Shown one piece after another: positions 9,380 to 17,625 of a DNA stretch of 64,000 nucleotides. The translations under genes were made by a program, and so were the position numbers. The notes under the pieces were generated by a model. The model was not told the origin of the DNA, did not search any database, and saw only the letters and a list, made by a program, of their open reading frames with translations. Within the stretch, counting starts at the first letter, position 1; each line of letters starts with the position of its first letter. Source of the stretch: a virus; the IMG/VR virus record IMGVR_UViG_3300020171_000018, positions 21,803-85,802 of that record, one strand, 5' to 3'.

Positions 9380-11116
9380 CTACAGATTTGGGTCTACCGA
9401 TAATGCTATGGTTGAAACCAGTCCCGTTGCAGGAATCGTTGAAGGAGTCGAAATGGGAACGTATCGGGTGCTTCCTACGGATGTCTTGCGCACCCGTATT
9501 GTAACGGCCTTTGGGGTTGAGCCAGGATAGCTTCCAGAGGCTATCCCGTCTGGCGCCACACTCAGTGTATTCATGTACTCATCGTTGGTCGTTGCGTCGT
9601 AGACGCCTACCCGTGCGTCTATCACTGCCACTGCGCCTTGGTCAACGATGGTCAGGGTAATATCCACTGAAGAAGAGAAGGTCATTGTGCCCGCGCCAGC
9701 GTTCTCTGCGGTCAGCCCTGTTGTGCCCCCAACAATGGCAACAACAGTGTTGCTGGCCCCCTCATAGCGTACAGCCAGAGCGACCGTTCCAAACGTGAGG
9801 TTGGTGAACGTCAGGGTAGGCGAGGGGGTACTCTCCACCACGATGGAGTGAAAGGCAGGGTTCACAAACAGCGAACTCTGGCAGTTTGTGCTGTTGTCCC
9901 ACTTCACTGCGCCGTCCAATGTCCCAACAATCGAGTTCAGTATGTTGCAGTTGCGGACTTTGGCTGCCCCTAGGTAGACACGTCCACAGGCATCGAACGT
10001 GGTGCCGAATATCTCGTCGCTAACGTCGCAGTTAGTGAAGTCAATGGCGTTGGCTTCGTCCGCCCGCTCACAGTTCTTGAAGGTTGTAGCATAGAGGTCA
10101 AAGTCCTCCACCGCAGCGGTCCTGGTAAGACGCCACCCCTGCCGTGTAGACCCTGAGTTGATTTCGGGGTTCGCCGCCACGGAGAAACTCGGCCCGCTGC
10201 GTCCTCGGTCAGTACCCACAGCCACGCCAAACGTAACCACCGTATCACCCGATGGAGTCGTGGCATTGCCCACCACATCAAGTCCCCAGTAGCACAGCCC
10301 CGCTGCGTCCTCGTCGGGAACCGCCTTGACCCTGCTGGTGCCGTTGTAGTACATGGGAGTTTCCCAGACAAGGTTTTCTGCCTGACTGGAGAAGGTCAAG
10401 CCTGCAGCCGCAACGGCGTCGCCCAGCACAAACTTACACCTACAGAAGAAGGTGCCTGCCTTTTCAATAATCATGCCGTAGCGTCGGCTCTTGGTACCCC
10501 AGTCCCAGTCCGCTATCTCCTTGAAGCCCGCACCTGCAACCGCCACGGTGCCGGATACCCGTATCTCACCACGCCCATAGCATATCTGGTCTATGGCGAA
10601 GTTCTGACCTTTGGCGGTGCCAGTCGTTGTGATTGTCGCTCCAAAGTACTGAATGCTGGAAAGGGTCAGTCCAGCGCCACCGTAGGTGGAACGTGTCTGA
10701 CTTGGGTCAATCACGTACATCACCCAACCATCACTATCAGGAATACCATAGTCAGAGCCACCCACGTAATACTCGTTATAATCAGTGGTAGTAGTACCAA
10801 GGCGAATGGAGAGGCCACCAAGCGCAAGAGTTTGGATTAGCTTTGGCGTGTTGCAGCGCAGCCACATGAAGATGAGCATCTTGTAGGCTGCTCCACCTGA
10901 GGCGAAGTTGAGTCCCGACCCCCTGTTGTACCACGCCCCCTTTGTGACTGCACCCGATACCGCTTTTGAGATACAACCAGCACCAGACCCAGCCGTCCGC
11001 TGCACCCAAGTGTCAGTTTCATCCACTATTGAAGTAGTGCCAATTTGAATCCACACTGACCCACCGGCATCGGCATCGTTCAGCACCGTTAGGTCTGTGC
11101 TTATTGCGAGTGTCAT
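9380..11116 (-). CDS. Virion protein (lectin-like N-terminus, beta-helix-like centre, Ig-like C-terminus)
   Basis: 578 aa beta-rich; xTFxNC/xTFDAC-type repeats. Confidence 0.5.
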   Translation of the reverse strand: MTLAISTDLTVLNDADAGGSVWIQIGTTSIVDETDTWVQRTAGSGAGCISKAVSGAVTKGAWYNRGSGLNFASGGAAYKMLIFMWLRCNTPKLIQTLALGGLSIRLGTTTTDYNEYYVGGSDYGIPDSDGWVMYVIDPSQTRSTYGGAGLTLSSIQYFGATITTTGTAKGQNFAIDQICYGRGEIRVSGTVAVAGAGFKEIADWDWGTKSRRYGMIIEKAGTFFCRCKFVLGDAVAAAGLTFSSQAENLVWETPMYYNGTSRVKAVPDEDAAGLCYWGLDVVGNATTPSGDTVVTFGVAVGTDRGRSGPSFSVAANPEINSGSTRQGWRLTRTAAVEDFDLYATTFKNCERADEANAIDFTNCDVSDEIFGTTFDACGRVYLGAAKVRNCNILNSIVGTLDGAVKWDNSTNCQSSLFVNPAFHSIVVESTPSPTLTFTNLTFGTVALAVRYEGASNTVVAIVGGTTGLTAENAGAGTMTFSSSVDITLTIVDQGAVAVIDARVGVYDATTNDEYMNTLSVAPDGIASGSYPGSTPKAVTIRVRKTSVGSTRYVPISTPSTIPATGLVSTIALSVDPNL

Positions 11117-11319
11117 GGATAAGCCTCGTCAAGTGCGGCCTGTAGCTCTGCCTCAGTCAGTGTATCATCCCACGGACCATTGTTCTTGACACCTCTCTCA
11201 ATAACACAGTGCCCCTTCACGCACATGACACCAAAGCGGGCAATGTTCACCTTGAGCACCCACACTATCTCCTTGTCCAGTGAGCATCGTCCATAGACCG
11301 CGACATCGCTTACTAGCAT
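11113..11319 (-). CDS. Small Cys-containing protein
   Basis: ATGA overlap with downstream gene. Confidence 0.55.
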   Translation of the reverse strand: MLVSDVAVYGRCSLDKEIVWVLKVNIARFGVMCVKGHCVIERGVKNNGPWDDTLTEAELQAALDEAYP

Positions 11320-11320
11320 A

Positions 11321-11833
11321 TTAAGCCACCCTCTTCCGCCAGAGCTGGTAGGTGTATGTCCTGTTCACACCTGCCATTTGCTGTAGCGTGAGCTTGAGGC
11401 CATACTTGGCAGGTTTGGTCGTAATGAATAGAACGAACAGGGTTTGAGCATCCAAGTAGGTCTCCTCCGCATACTTGAGATAGGTTGTAGGACCCGTCAC
11501 GAGGCTCATGTACTGGCGGATGATTAGCGTGTCGCCAGCCTGCATTGGACTCAGGCCAACATAGCCCTCTAAGTACCTGCTGGGGTTGCCTGCCGTCTCG
11601 TCTAGGATGATGTTCTGCTCAAGGCCGTCTGCGACGATGGTTCCCTCGATGGCGGCGTCGAAAGCTTCTATCCTATCTATGCGGGCCTTTCTGGCACCCG
11701 TACCAGCCTCGAAGGTCGCGTCCTCACCCAAGAGGTCCGTCCTGGGTTGACCGGTAAGAGCGGTCAGCGCCCTAGTCGCGTGTCCCCATATCTCACCTAC
11801 GCTTGCGCCTCCTCTAGCCGGAAAGTCAGGCAT
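11321..11833 (-). CDS. Putative minor capsid/vertex protein (beta-sandwich)
   Basis: C-domain paralogous to 11844-12200 and 63307-64000. Confidence 0.55.
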   Translation of the reverse strand: MPDFPARGGASVGEIWGHATRALTALTGQPRTDLLGEDATFEAGTGARKARIDRIEAFDAAIEGTIVADGLEQNIILDETAGNPSRYLEGYVGLSPMQAGDTLIIRQYMSLVTGPTTYLKYAEETYLDAQTLFVLFITTKPAKYGLKLTLQQMAGVNRTYTYQLWRKRVA

Positions 11834-11843
11834 GGCTTACCCC

Positions 11844-12200
11844 TCACATCTCGCTGAAGAACTCGTAATCTACATCAACATCCGGCCCTGCCACCGTCCG
11901 AACCGTGACCTTTAGCCCATAGGTATCCGGGCGCCCCTCGATAAAGACCACCGGGCTGGGCAGGGGTGCCGTATAGGTCTCCTGATGGTACTGTTGCCAA
12001 GCGCCCCCTGGCCTTACTTTCACGTAGAGCGCCACAACAACGGAGCCGCCCGGTGCCAACTTTGACAGGTCTACGTAGCCCGATAGTTTGTGGGGGACGC
12101 CCCCAGATGCCTCAACGAGTGGGGACTCTGCATTGCTGCACAGAACGCTCCCAGAGCCCAACTCGTAAAGTCCCCGCACCCTAACCGTAGTGATTCCCAT
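11844..12200 (-). CDS. Putative minor virion protein (beta-sandwich)
   Basis: GYVDLSKL...ETY...YGLKVT motif shared with neighbour. Confidence 0.55.
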   Translation of the reverse strand: MGITTVRVRGLYELGSGSVLCSNAESPLVEASGGVPHKLSGYVDLSKLAPGGSVVVALYVKVRPGGAWQQYHQETYTAPLPSPVVFIEGRPDTYGLKVTVRTVAGPDVDVDYEFFSEM

Positions 12201-12204
12201 GATT

Positions 12205-12771
12205 CTACCTTCGCCATCCTTCTTGCCCGGGGATGGCCGTTGCGTCCCCCTGCTCGATGGGGGTCTTTCCTTCAATGACGCTCAATCGAATAGCCGCCGT
12301 AGCCCCAGCCACCGCCGTTTGGAAGAACAACCTGTAGATAATCGGGTAGCGAAGGTCCACTCCGTAGCTCTCAGTTGGCAGTACGAAGTGGGCGTACATC
12401 AGAGCGTCCTGATTATTTATAGCCACACCTACATTGTTGGGCCCGTCGTTTATCACATTGAATGAGATGCAGGGTCTGGGCAACTCGAACCGAGTCACGG
12501 CGAAGCCTATGGTGCGCGAGTACCCCTTACTCCCCGTTGGAATCTTGCTCTCTTCCAACCTACGCAATCGGGCAAGCTGAGCGGCAGAGGCGGCCTGCAC
12601 AAGAAACGACATCACATCAGGCCGCATCCGGGCCTCATCCCCACTCAGCACCTCTGACCCCTGCAACCCCTGAGGAGTGGCAAGCGCCGACTCCTTCAGC
12701 AAGCGGGCCAAGTCTGTTCTGTCTAGGTCTGTTCTGTCTTGGTTACTGGGGTTACTGGCGTTTTGCGTCAC
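12205..12771 (-). CDS. Putative virion protein with small jelly-roll-like C-domain
   Basis: FNVINDGPNNVGV beta motif; GGAG RBS. Confidence 0.5.
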   Translation of the reverse strand: MTQNASNPSNQDRTDLDRTDLARLLKESALATPQGLQGSEVLSGDEARMRPDVMSFLVQAASAAQLARLRRLEESKIPTGSKGYSRTIGFAVTRFELPRPCISFNVINDGPNNVGVAINNQDALMYAHFVLPTESYGVDLRYPIIYRLFFQTAVAGATAAIRLSVIEGKTPIEQGDATAIPGQEGWRR

Positions 12772-13072
12772 GGTGTATCTCCACCTCGGTTGGCAGCAGC
12801 GTCACGGGGTCCCACCGAATCTTCCAGACTTCCTTGTTGGTGTACGTGGCAGGGGCAGCAATAGGGGCAGCAACAGGAGCGCTAATGCTGTTGTTGGGGT
12901 TGCGAGAACGCAGCCATACCACTAACCCTATGGCAGCAACTAATCCCACGGCCAGCCACAGGCCAGTGTTGTCACGGTGCTCTTTACGGTTCTCTCCGCT
13001 CTCTCTGCGGGCCAGCCTTCTTGACTTAGTCGCCACGATTAGCCCCCTCCCACTCCTGTTACGGCCCCCCAA
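12752..13072 (-). CDS. Basic single-TM membrane protein
   Basis: Arg-rich N-terminus, TM LWLAVGLVAAIGLVVWL, then RNP. Confidence 0.65.
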   Translation of the reverse strand: MGGRNRSGRGLIVATKSRRLARRESGENRKEHRDNTGLWLAVGLVAAIGLVVWLRSRNPNNSISAPVAAPIAAPATYTNKEVWKIRWDPVTLLPTEVEIHRDAKRQ

Positions 13073-13640
13073 TGGTAGCTAGGGGAGCAACCGTCTCAGG
13101 AGTCAACTTCCCGCCTGGTACGGTAGTCTCCATCCCATACACCCGCCCTTGAATCCAAGTCCTAGCCATAGCGTGATCCAACTCCCCGTCGTTGTCCAAG
13201 TCGTAGTAGGCTATGTCGGCGGGGAGACCCGCTTGACGGGCAAGACTGGCAGCCAGGATCGCCGTATCATCACAGTCTCTCCATTTTGGCACCTGTCCCT
13301 GGGCCAGCATAGAAGCGAACTCATCAGGACTCGTGATGCTCTCCATGCCAACTGGGTCATCAGTGTACCCCACCGTGTCCGATATGTAGGTCTGGATGGC
13401 CTGGGCCGCCTGAGGGGTGCCGGGGTTGGCGCCTGCTTGGGACAGCACCGAGCGGGCAAGGTGGCTCACGGACTCGCTCTGCTCCCCACGGTGCAGGAAC
13501 TCCTGAGAGGCTTGCATGACCTGATTGGCGGAGTCGGGGCTGATTGGGAACTGGACTACCTCGCCAATGCTGCTGCCGATACCTGGCCGCCCCTTGACCC
13601 CAGTAGACCCCAATCCTGACCCTTGGCTCAGTCTCAGCAC
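13059..13640 (-). CDS. Transglutaminase-like (papain-fold) putative cysteine protease
   Basis: YTDDP...DCDD (Cys)...DHA (His)...ETT (acidic) triad pattern. Confidence 0.8.
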   Translation of the reverse strand: MLRLSQGSGLGSTGVKGRPGIGSSIGEVVQFPISPDSANQVMQASQEFLHRGEQSESVSHLARSVLSQAGANPGTPQAAQAIQTYISDTVGYTDDPVGMESITSPDEFASMLAQGQVPKWRDCDDTAILAASLARQAGLPADIAYYDLDNDGELDHAMARTWIQGRVYGMETTVPGGKLTPETVAPLATIGGP

Positions 13641-13662
13641 TGCTACCCCCTCTCCCCGTATC

Positions 13663-14004
13663 TCACCCGTATCTTAGCACCAACGGGGGTGAGAATCGGA
13701 GGTTGTTCTTACCCGCTTTGCCTCGCAACACCTCAATTGTACCACTGCCCTCTAGGAAAGCCTCTTGTAATACACGGCCATAGAGGTCATCACCGGGGAG
13801 CACCCGCAACTCTCCAACCGATTTCCCACCAAGCAGCTCATCCAGTGACCAGACCGCCACGGCTCCACTATTGGGGAACACCACGGCGAGTTTTCGGTCG
13901 TGGGGCATTCCTCTGGACTCGTCTACGAACTCCACCAGTTGAAACCCAGTACCCCCCACGCCGTTACCGTGGTAGGCCACCTCATGCACCTTGATGCGCC
14001 CCAC
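13663..14004 (-). CDS. Hypothetical protein
   Basis: In operon; AAAGGGGG upstream. Confidence 0.6.
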   Translation of the reverse strand: MGRIKVHEVAYHGNGVGGTGFQLVEFVDESRGMPHDRKLAVVFPNSGAVAVWSLDELLGGKSVGELRVLPGDDLYGRVLQEAFLEGSGTIEVLRGKAGKNNLRFSPPLVLRYG

Positions 14005-14017
14005 TGCGCCCCCTTTC

Positions 14018-14335
14018 TCACTTCAATAGCCTGTTGACGACTTCCACTACCAAGCCGCCCAGGGCCACCGCTCCTGCCCAGGGGCTGAACTTGACTATGA
14101 TGTTGCGGGGCCTAGTCCTCTTCTGGTGGTTCTGCTCAAGGGTCTGCACCACCAAGTTGGGGATGGTCTGCTCCAAGCTTCTCACCATCCACCAGGCCGA
14201 GGAGAGTTGGATTGCAGTGGGAGTCGCGGACATGCCTCTCGCGGCCACCTCGTCCAGCCCTACCTCCACCAGCCTGTCCATCTGTGAGAGGTCCCTAGTT
14301 GGCGTCATATCGGTCTCCTCTTGGTGAGAGTCCAT
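14018..14335 (-). CDS. Small protein with C-terminal TM segment
   Basis: GAGGTG RBS; hydrophobic C-terminus. Confidence 0.55.
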   Translation of the reverse strand: MDSHQEETDMTPTRDLSQMDRLVEVGLDEVAARGMSATPTAIQLSSAWWMVRSLEQTIPNLVVQTLEQNHQKRTRPRNIIVKFSPWAGAVALGGLVVEVVNRLLK

Positions 14336-14436
14336 TGTGCCCCACCTCTTTGCGCACAGAATACCCAATCGTATTCTCTCCGTACAGGGAGAGGTGGCGC
14401 ATCAGTACAAAAGAGCGGGTCACACAAGTACCTACT

Positions 14437-16989
14437 TTACGCCCTTGTGGTCTTGTGGTAACTTGCGTCTCCCTTGAACCCCGTAGTGCCCGTCTTTCGG
14501 TACTCCCCAGACTTCTCGTTGTACCGATACCAGTGGTACAAGCCGCTTTTACGCACGCCAATGAGGCCACTGGGGTCACTATACCACCCCTTCGCCTTAT
14601 CTAGTTCCTTGACGCCTGTGGCACCTGGGTTGCGGAAGATGATGCTCCCGTTGACGTTGTAGAGCTGCGGGGCGGTCTTGAGCTCACCCCTGTTGGCGGC
14701 GTCCAGCTCTTGGAACGGGATAGAGTCGGGGTTCTTCTTCCCGCCCACCCCCTTTGCCCCTTTCACCCCTCGCACCCCCCTAGCCCCCCTGATGTACTCA
14801 TGGAGCGCCCCAGGGTACGCCTCAGGAGCAGCCCTAGACTCAGTGGGCTTGGTCTCAACCGTCCCCTCGGTGTGGACAAGGCCCCCTGGGGTGGTTGTGG
14901 ACTCCAGCACGGACTCAGGAGCGGGGGCATCGGGGAAGTCGGTGATGGAGCTGGCGTCCATCTCCCCAAAAGTGGGGTTGCGCTTGCCCTTGTGGTAGTG
15001 CGGCCCAATGTACCGCTTGCTGCCCTTAGTAAGTTGGTGCCCAATTGTGGCTACGAGGCCCTCTCCTTTTGCATCGTGGTAGTGCCTAGGGCCATGATGG
15101 GTCACTTTCCCGCGCCGAGAAGCATGGGTGTGCCAGTAGCCCTCTGGGTTTTGGGGGTTCTGCAGGGGCGGCTCAATCACCCTCCCTTTATCCCCAAGAG
15201 CTGGCGTCACCAGCGTCGCCAGCTCCTTCTGAGAGGTGTACTCCTCAGGGCCGGGCTGGATTGACACCCCAGCCCCGCAGCCACTGCACCGCCCGACTCC
15301 TACTGACCCAGACTCGAATGGTTGACCACAGGACGGGCATTTTAGCTCTGAAACGATTGACATTGGATTCTCCTTCCTTCTACCATATGTTCCCCCAGAG
15401 TGCCCATACCCGCCACGCTGCTTGTGAGGGGATGGGGCATTGGGGGGTATAAACGAGATTATAGGGGACTCCAAGGCCATCTCAAGGTTCAGGTATGCCA
15501 CTGTGCTACTCCAGCCAGAGTGGGCCTTGGCGAACTCCTTGGCCGCCCAGACCATTCGAGCGTGCCTGCTATCATCTTTACCCGCAAGGGCAGCTCTGGC
15601 AAGGTGATAGAGGTTCACAAGCTCAGCCTGTTCCCTTTTGTTGGCATATCTACTGGGATTCTTGCTCATATCAGCCTTCTCTCTAACAGGGCCTAGCCAC
15701 TCCTGACCCTTGCCCTTCTTCAACCCCAACTCTTTCAGGTACGCAAGGTCTCCTGCTGTGATGCTACCTTTGCCCTTGAAAGTCAACACATACTGCACGG
15801 ACGCCACGGGGCTTGGCCCAAACCACCCCGTAGGCCCAATGACTAGCTGCCCCTGAGCGTCCCACCTATTCGCTCTGAGCGTCCACCCAGGGGACATACG
15901 AGACAGGTCTGGCATATTGGTGGGATTCATGGTGAACAGTGGCAGCATCGCACCCCTCCAGGCACTTGGAACCTTCGGCCTCTTCAGCTTCTCCCCGGTA
16001 TCGCTCTTATAGTAGTGCTCCGCCATCCTGTCGTAGTACGTTTCCAGCTTCTTCAGCTTCTTCCCGTACTTCCGGCGTAGCTCTTCCTGCTCTTTGTAGA
16101 CGGGGAACTGGGCATGACCCATCTCACTCCACTCCAACATGCGCTTCGTCTTGAGCTGGACCTCAACGGGCAGGCCGTTCGACTCAACAAGCAGGTGGTA
16201 GGAGCGGTACAGGCCCTTGGGCTGGGTTATGTAGTCCTCCTCTTCTATCACATTGAACTCGCCACGAATCTTTTTCAGTCCAGCGTACAGGGAGTCCAAG
16301 GTGGAGAATACGACGCGGACGCCCGCTATGTCGGTTAGTGAGGATAGCTCAGTACCCCGCCTAGTCAGCTTCTCCATGATGCTCTCCACGGTCTTTAGCC
16401 GGGATGAGACCTTGCCGGGGAACATGCGCTCCAACTCTGTAGAGACCTGAGATAGGGACTCCCGGTAGCGTGCCTGGTACGCCTCGATGCTTGTGTCACT
16501 GAGGCCATTGGATCCCTCTGGGTTCCCCTTGGGCATCGTCTCAGAGGTGGTCAGCCACATTTTGTGACCCAATCCCAGCTTCTTAATCTCCTTCTGGGCG
16601 TCCCTTAGGCTACCAGCGAACACTAGCTTGCCATCGGAGACTCTGAATATCTTGTAGCTGGTGCTCTTGGGTATGGGGTTCCCGCTTCCTTCCTTGGTCT
16701 TCTCCAACAGTCCCAGAAACGCCTCGACCACTTCAGCCTCTGCCGCCATCTTGGTAGTGGCCCTTCTCGACCCCAGTTTCCTAGAGCCATCCCAGATAGC
16801 CCACTCCCAATCGTTGTGACCGAGCCTCTTCACCGCCGCCGAGTATTCCTGGAGGCCAAGGTAGGTCTCCCTGTCAGGGTGCAGGGCCTCCCATTCGTCA
16901 TGCCCCACAGAGCGCCAGGCTACCTTGTCCCGCATCTCCTGGAGGGCGAGCCGGCGCCTCATCAGCTTGAACTGTGTAGTCAAGGGCAT
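14437..16989 (-). CDS. Modular NP-punctuated protein containing a RelA/SpoT-type alarmone synthetase domain, Zn ribbon and His-rich module
   Basis: RLKTVESIMEKL...DIAGVRV...EEDYI..PK..YRSYH...EVQLKT; 10 Asn-Pro motifs between modules. Confidence 0.85.
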   Translation of the reverse strand: MPLTTQFKLMRRRLALQEMRDKVAWRSVGHDEWEALHPDRETYLGLQEYSAAVKRLGHNDWEWAIWDGSRKLGSRRATTKMAAEAEVVEAFLGLLEKTKEGSGNPIPKSTSYKIFRVSDGKLVFAGSLRDAQKEIKKLGLGHKMWLTTSETMPKGNPEGSNGLSDTSIEAYQARYRESLSQVSTELERMFPGKVSSRLKTVESIMEKLTRRGTELSSLTDIAGVRVVFSTLDSLYAGLKKIRGEFNVIEEEDYITQPKGLYRSYHLLVESNGLPVEVQLKTKRMLEWSEMGHAQFPVYKEQEELRRKYGKKLKKLETYYDRMAEHYYKSDTGEKLKRPKVPSAWRGAMLPLFTMNPTNMPDLSRMSPGWTLRANRWDAQGQLVIGPTGWFGPSPVASVQYVLTFKGKGSITAGDLAYLKELGLKKGKGQEWLGPVREKADMSKNPSRYANKREQAELVNLYHLARAALAGKDDSRHARMVWAAKEFAKAHSGWSSTVAYLNLEMALESPIISFIPPNAPSPHKQRGGYGHSGGTYGRRKENPMSIVSELKCPSCGQPFESGSVGVGRCSGCGAGVSIQPGPEEYTSQKELATLVTPALGDKGRVIEPPLQNPQNPEGYWHTHASRRGKVTHHGPRHYHDAKGEGLVATIGHQLTKGSKRYIGPHYHKGKRNPTFGEMDASSITDFPDAPAPESVLESTTTPGGLVHTEGTVETKPTESRAAPEAYPGALHEYIRGARGVRGVKGAKGVGGKKNPDSIPFQELDAANRGELKTAPQLYNVNGSIIFRNPGATGVKELDKAKGWYSDPSGLIGVRKSGLYHWYRYNEKSGEYRKTGTTGFKGDASYHKTTRA

Positions 16990-16991
16990 AC

Positions 16992-17402
16992 CTACCCCCC
17001 GCCCCCAAGAGTGCCCAGTAGTTCCATCACCTTTGCTCTCCCTCTCCCACCTTGATTCCTGTGCTCCCTCACAATCAACCAGTATAGCTGTCTCCCAAAC
17101 CTGTCCTTGGCTGGCCGGGAGTAGAACCCCTTGCTGGGTCTGTGCGGATACCCCAGACAGTGCGTTAACTCGTGAACCAGCCTCTTTCTGCGTTCATGCA
17201 CCCTTTGCTTGGCCCACTCAGGAGTCACCACAATCAGCTTCTTGGCCGGGACCGCCCAGATGTCTGGGTACTTCCCCCTGTACGTTGGCTCCTCTTGCAA
17301 ATACACCCGCTCCACCCCCATGATGGGGCACGCAACCTTCTCAAGCCAGTCCATGTCGGCCTGGTGAATCAGGACCGCTCCTCTGGCCAACTTGGCGGGC
17401 AT
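16992..17402 (-). CDS. Zincin-like metallopeptidase
   Basis: LVHELTHCLGYPH (HExxHxxGxxH). Confidence 0.7.
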   Translation of the reverse strand: MPAKLARGAVLIHQADMDWLEKVACPIMGVERVYLQEEPTYRGKYPDIWAVPAKKLIVVTPEWAKQRVHERRKRLVHELTHCLGYPHRPSKGFYSRPAKDRFGRQLYWLIVREHRNQGGRGRAKVMELLGTLGGGG

Positions 17403-17615
17403 CTACACTCTCGCCCTCTTAGCCCGCCGTGCCTCATTTATCAAGATAATCCAAGAGTCATTCGGGAGCAGGCCAGGCCCCTCAGCAATCATTAGCTCTC
17501 CCCTTGAGTTGAAATGCAACTTGACGGGCACGAGAGGCATCAGGGTGCCGTGCCGCTTCTCCAAGGCGCGGAGCTCCTGTTTCGAGAAGGAGACCATAAA
17601 CGAGGGGTTACGCAA
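17403..17615 (-). CDS. Small protein beginning MRNP
   Basis: AGGAGGTG RBS. Confidence 0.6.
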   Translation of the reverse strand: MRNPSFMVSFSKQELRALEKRHGTLMPLVPVKLHFNSRGELMIAEGPGLLPNDSWIILINEARRAKRARV

Positions 17616-17625
17616 GATGCACCTC

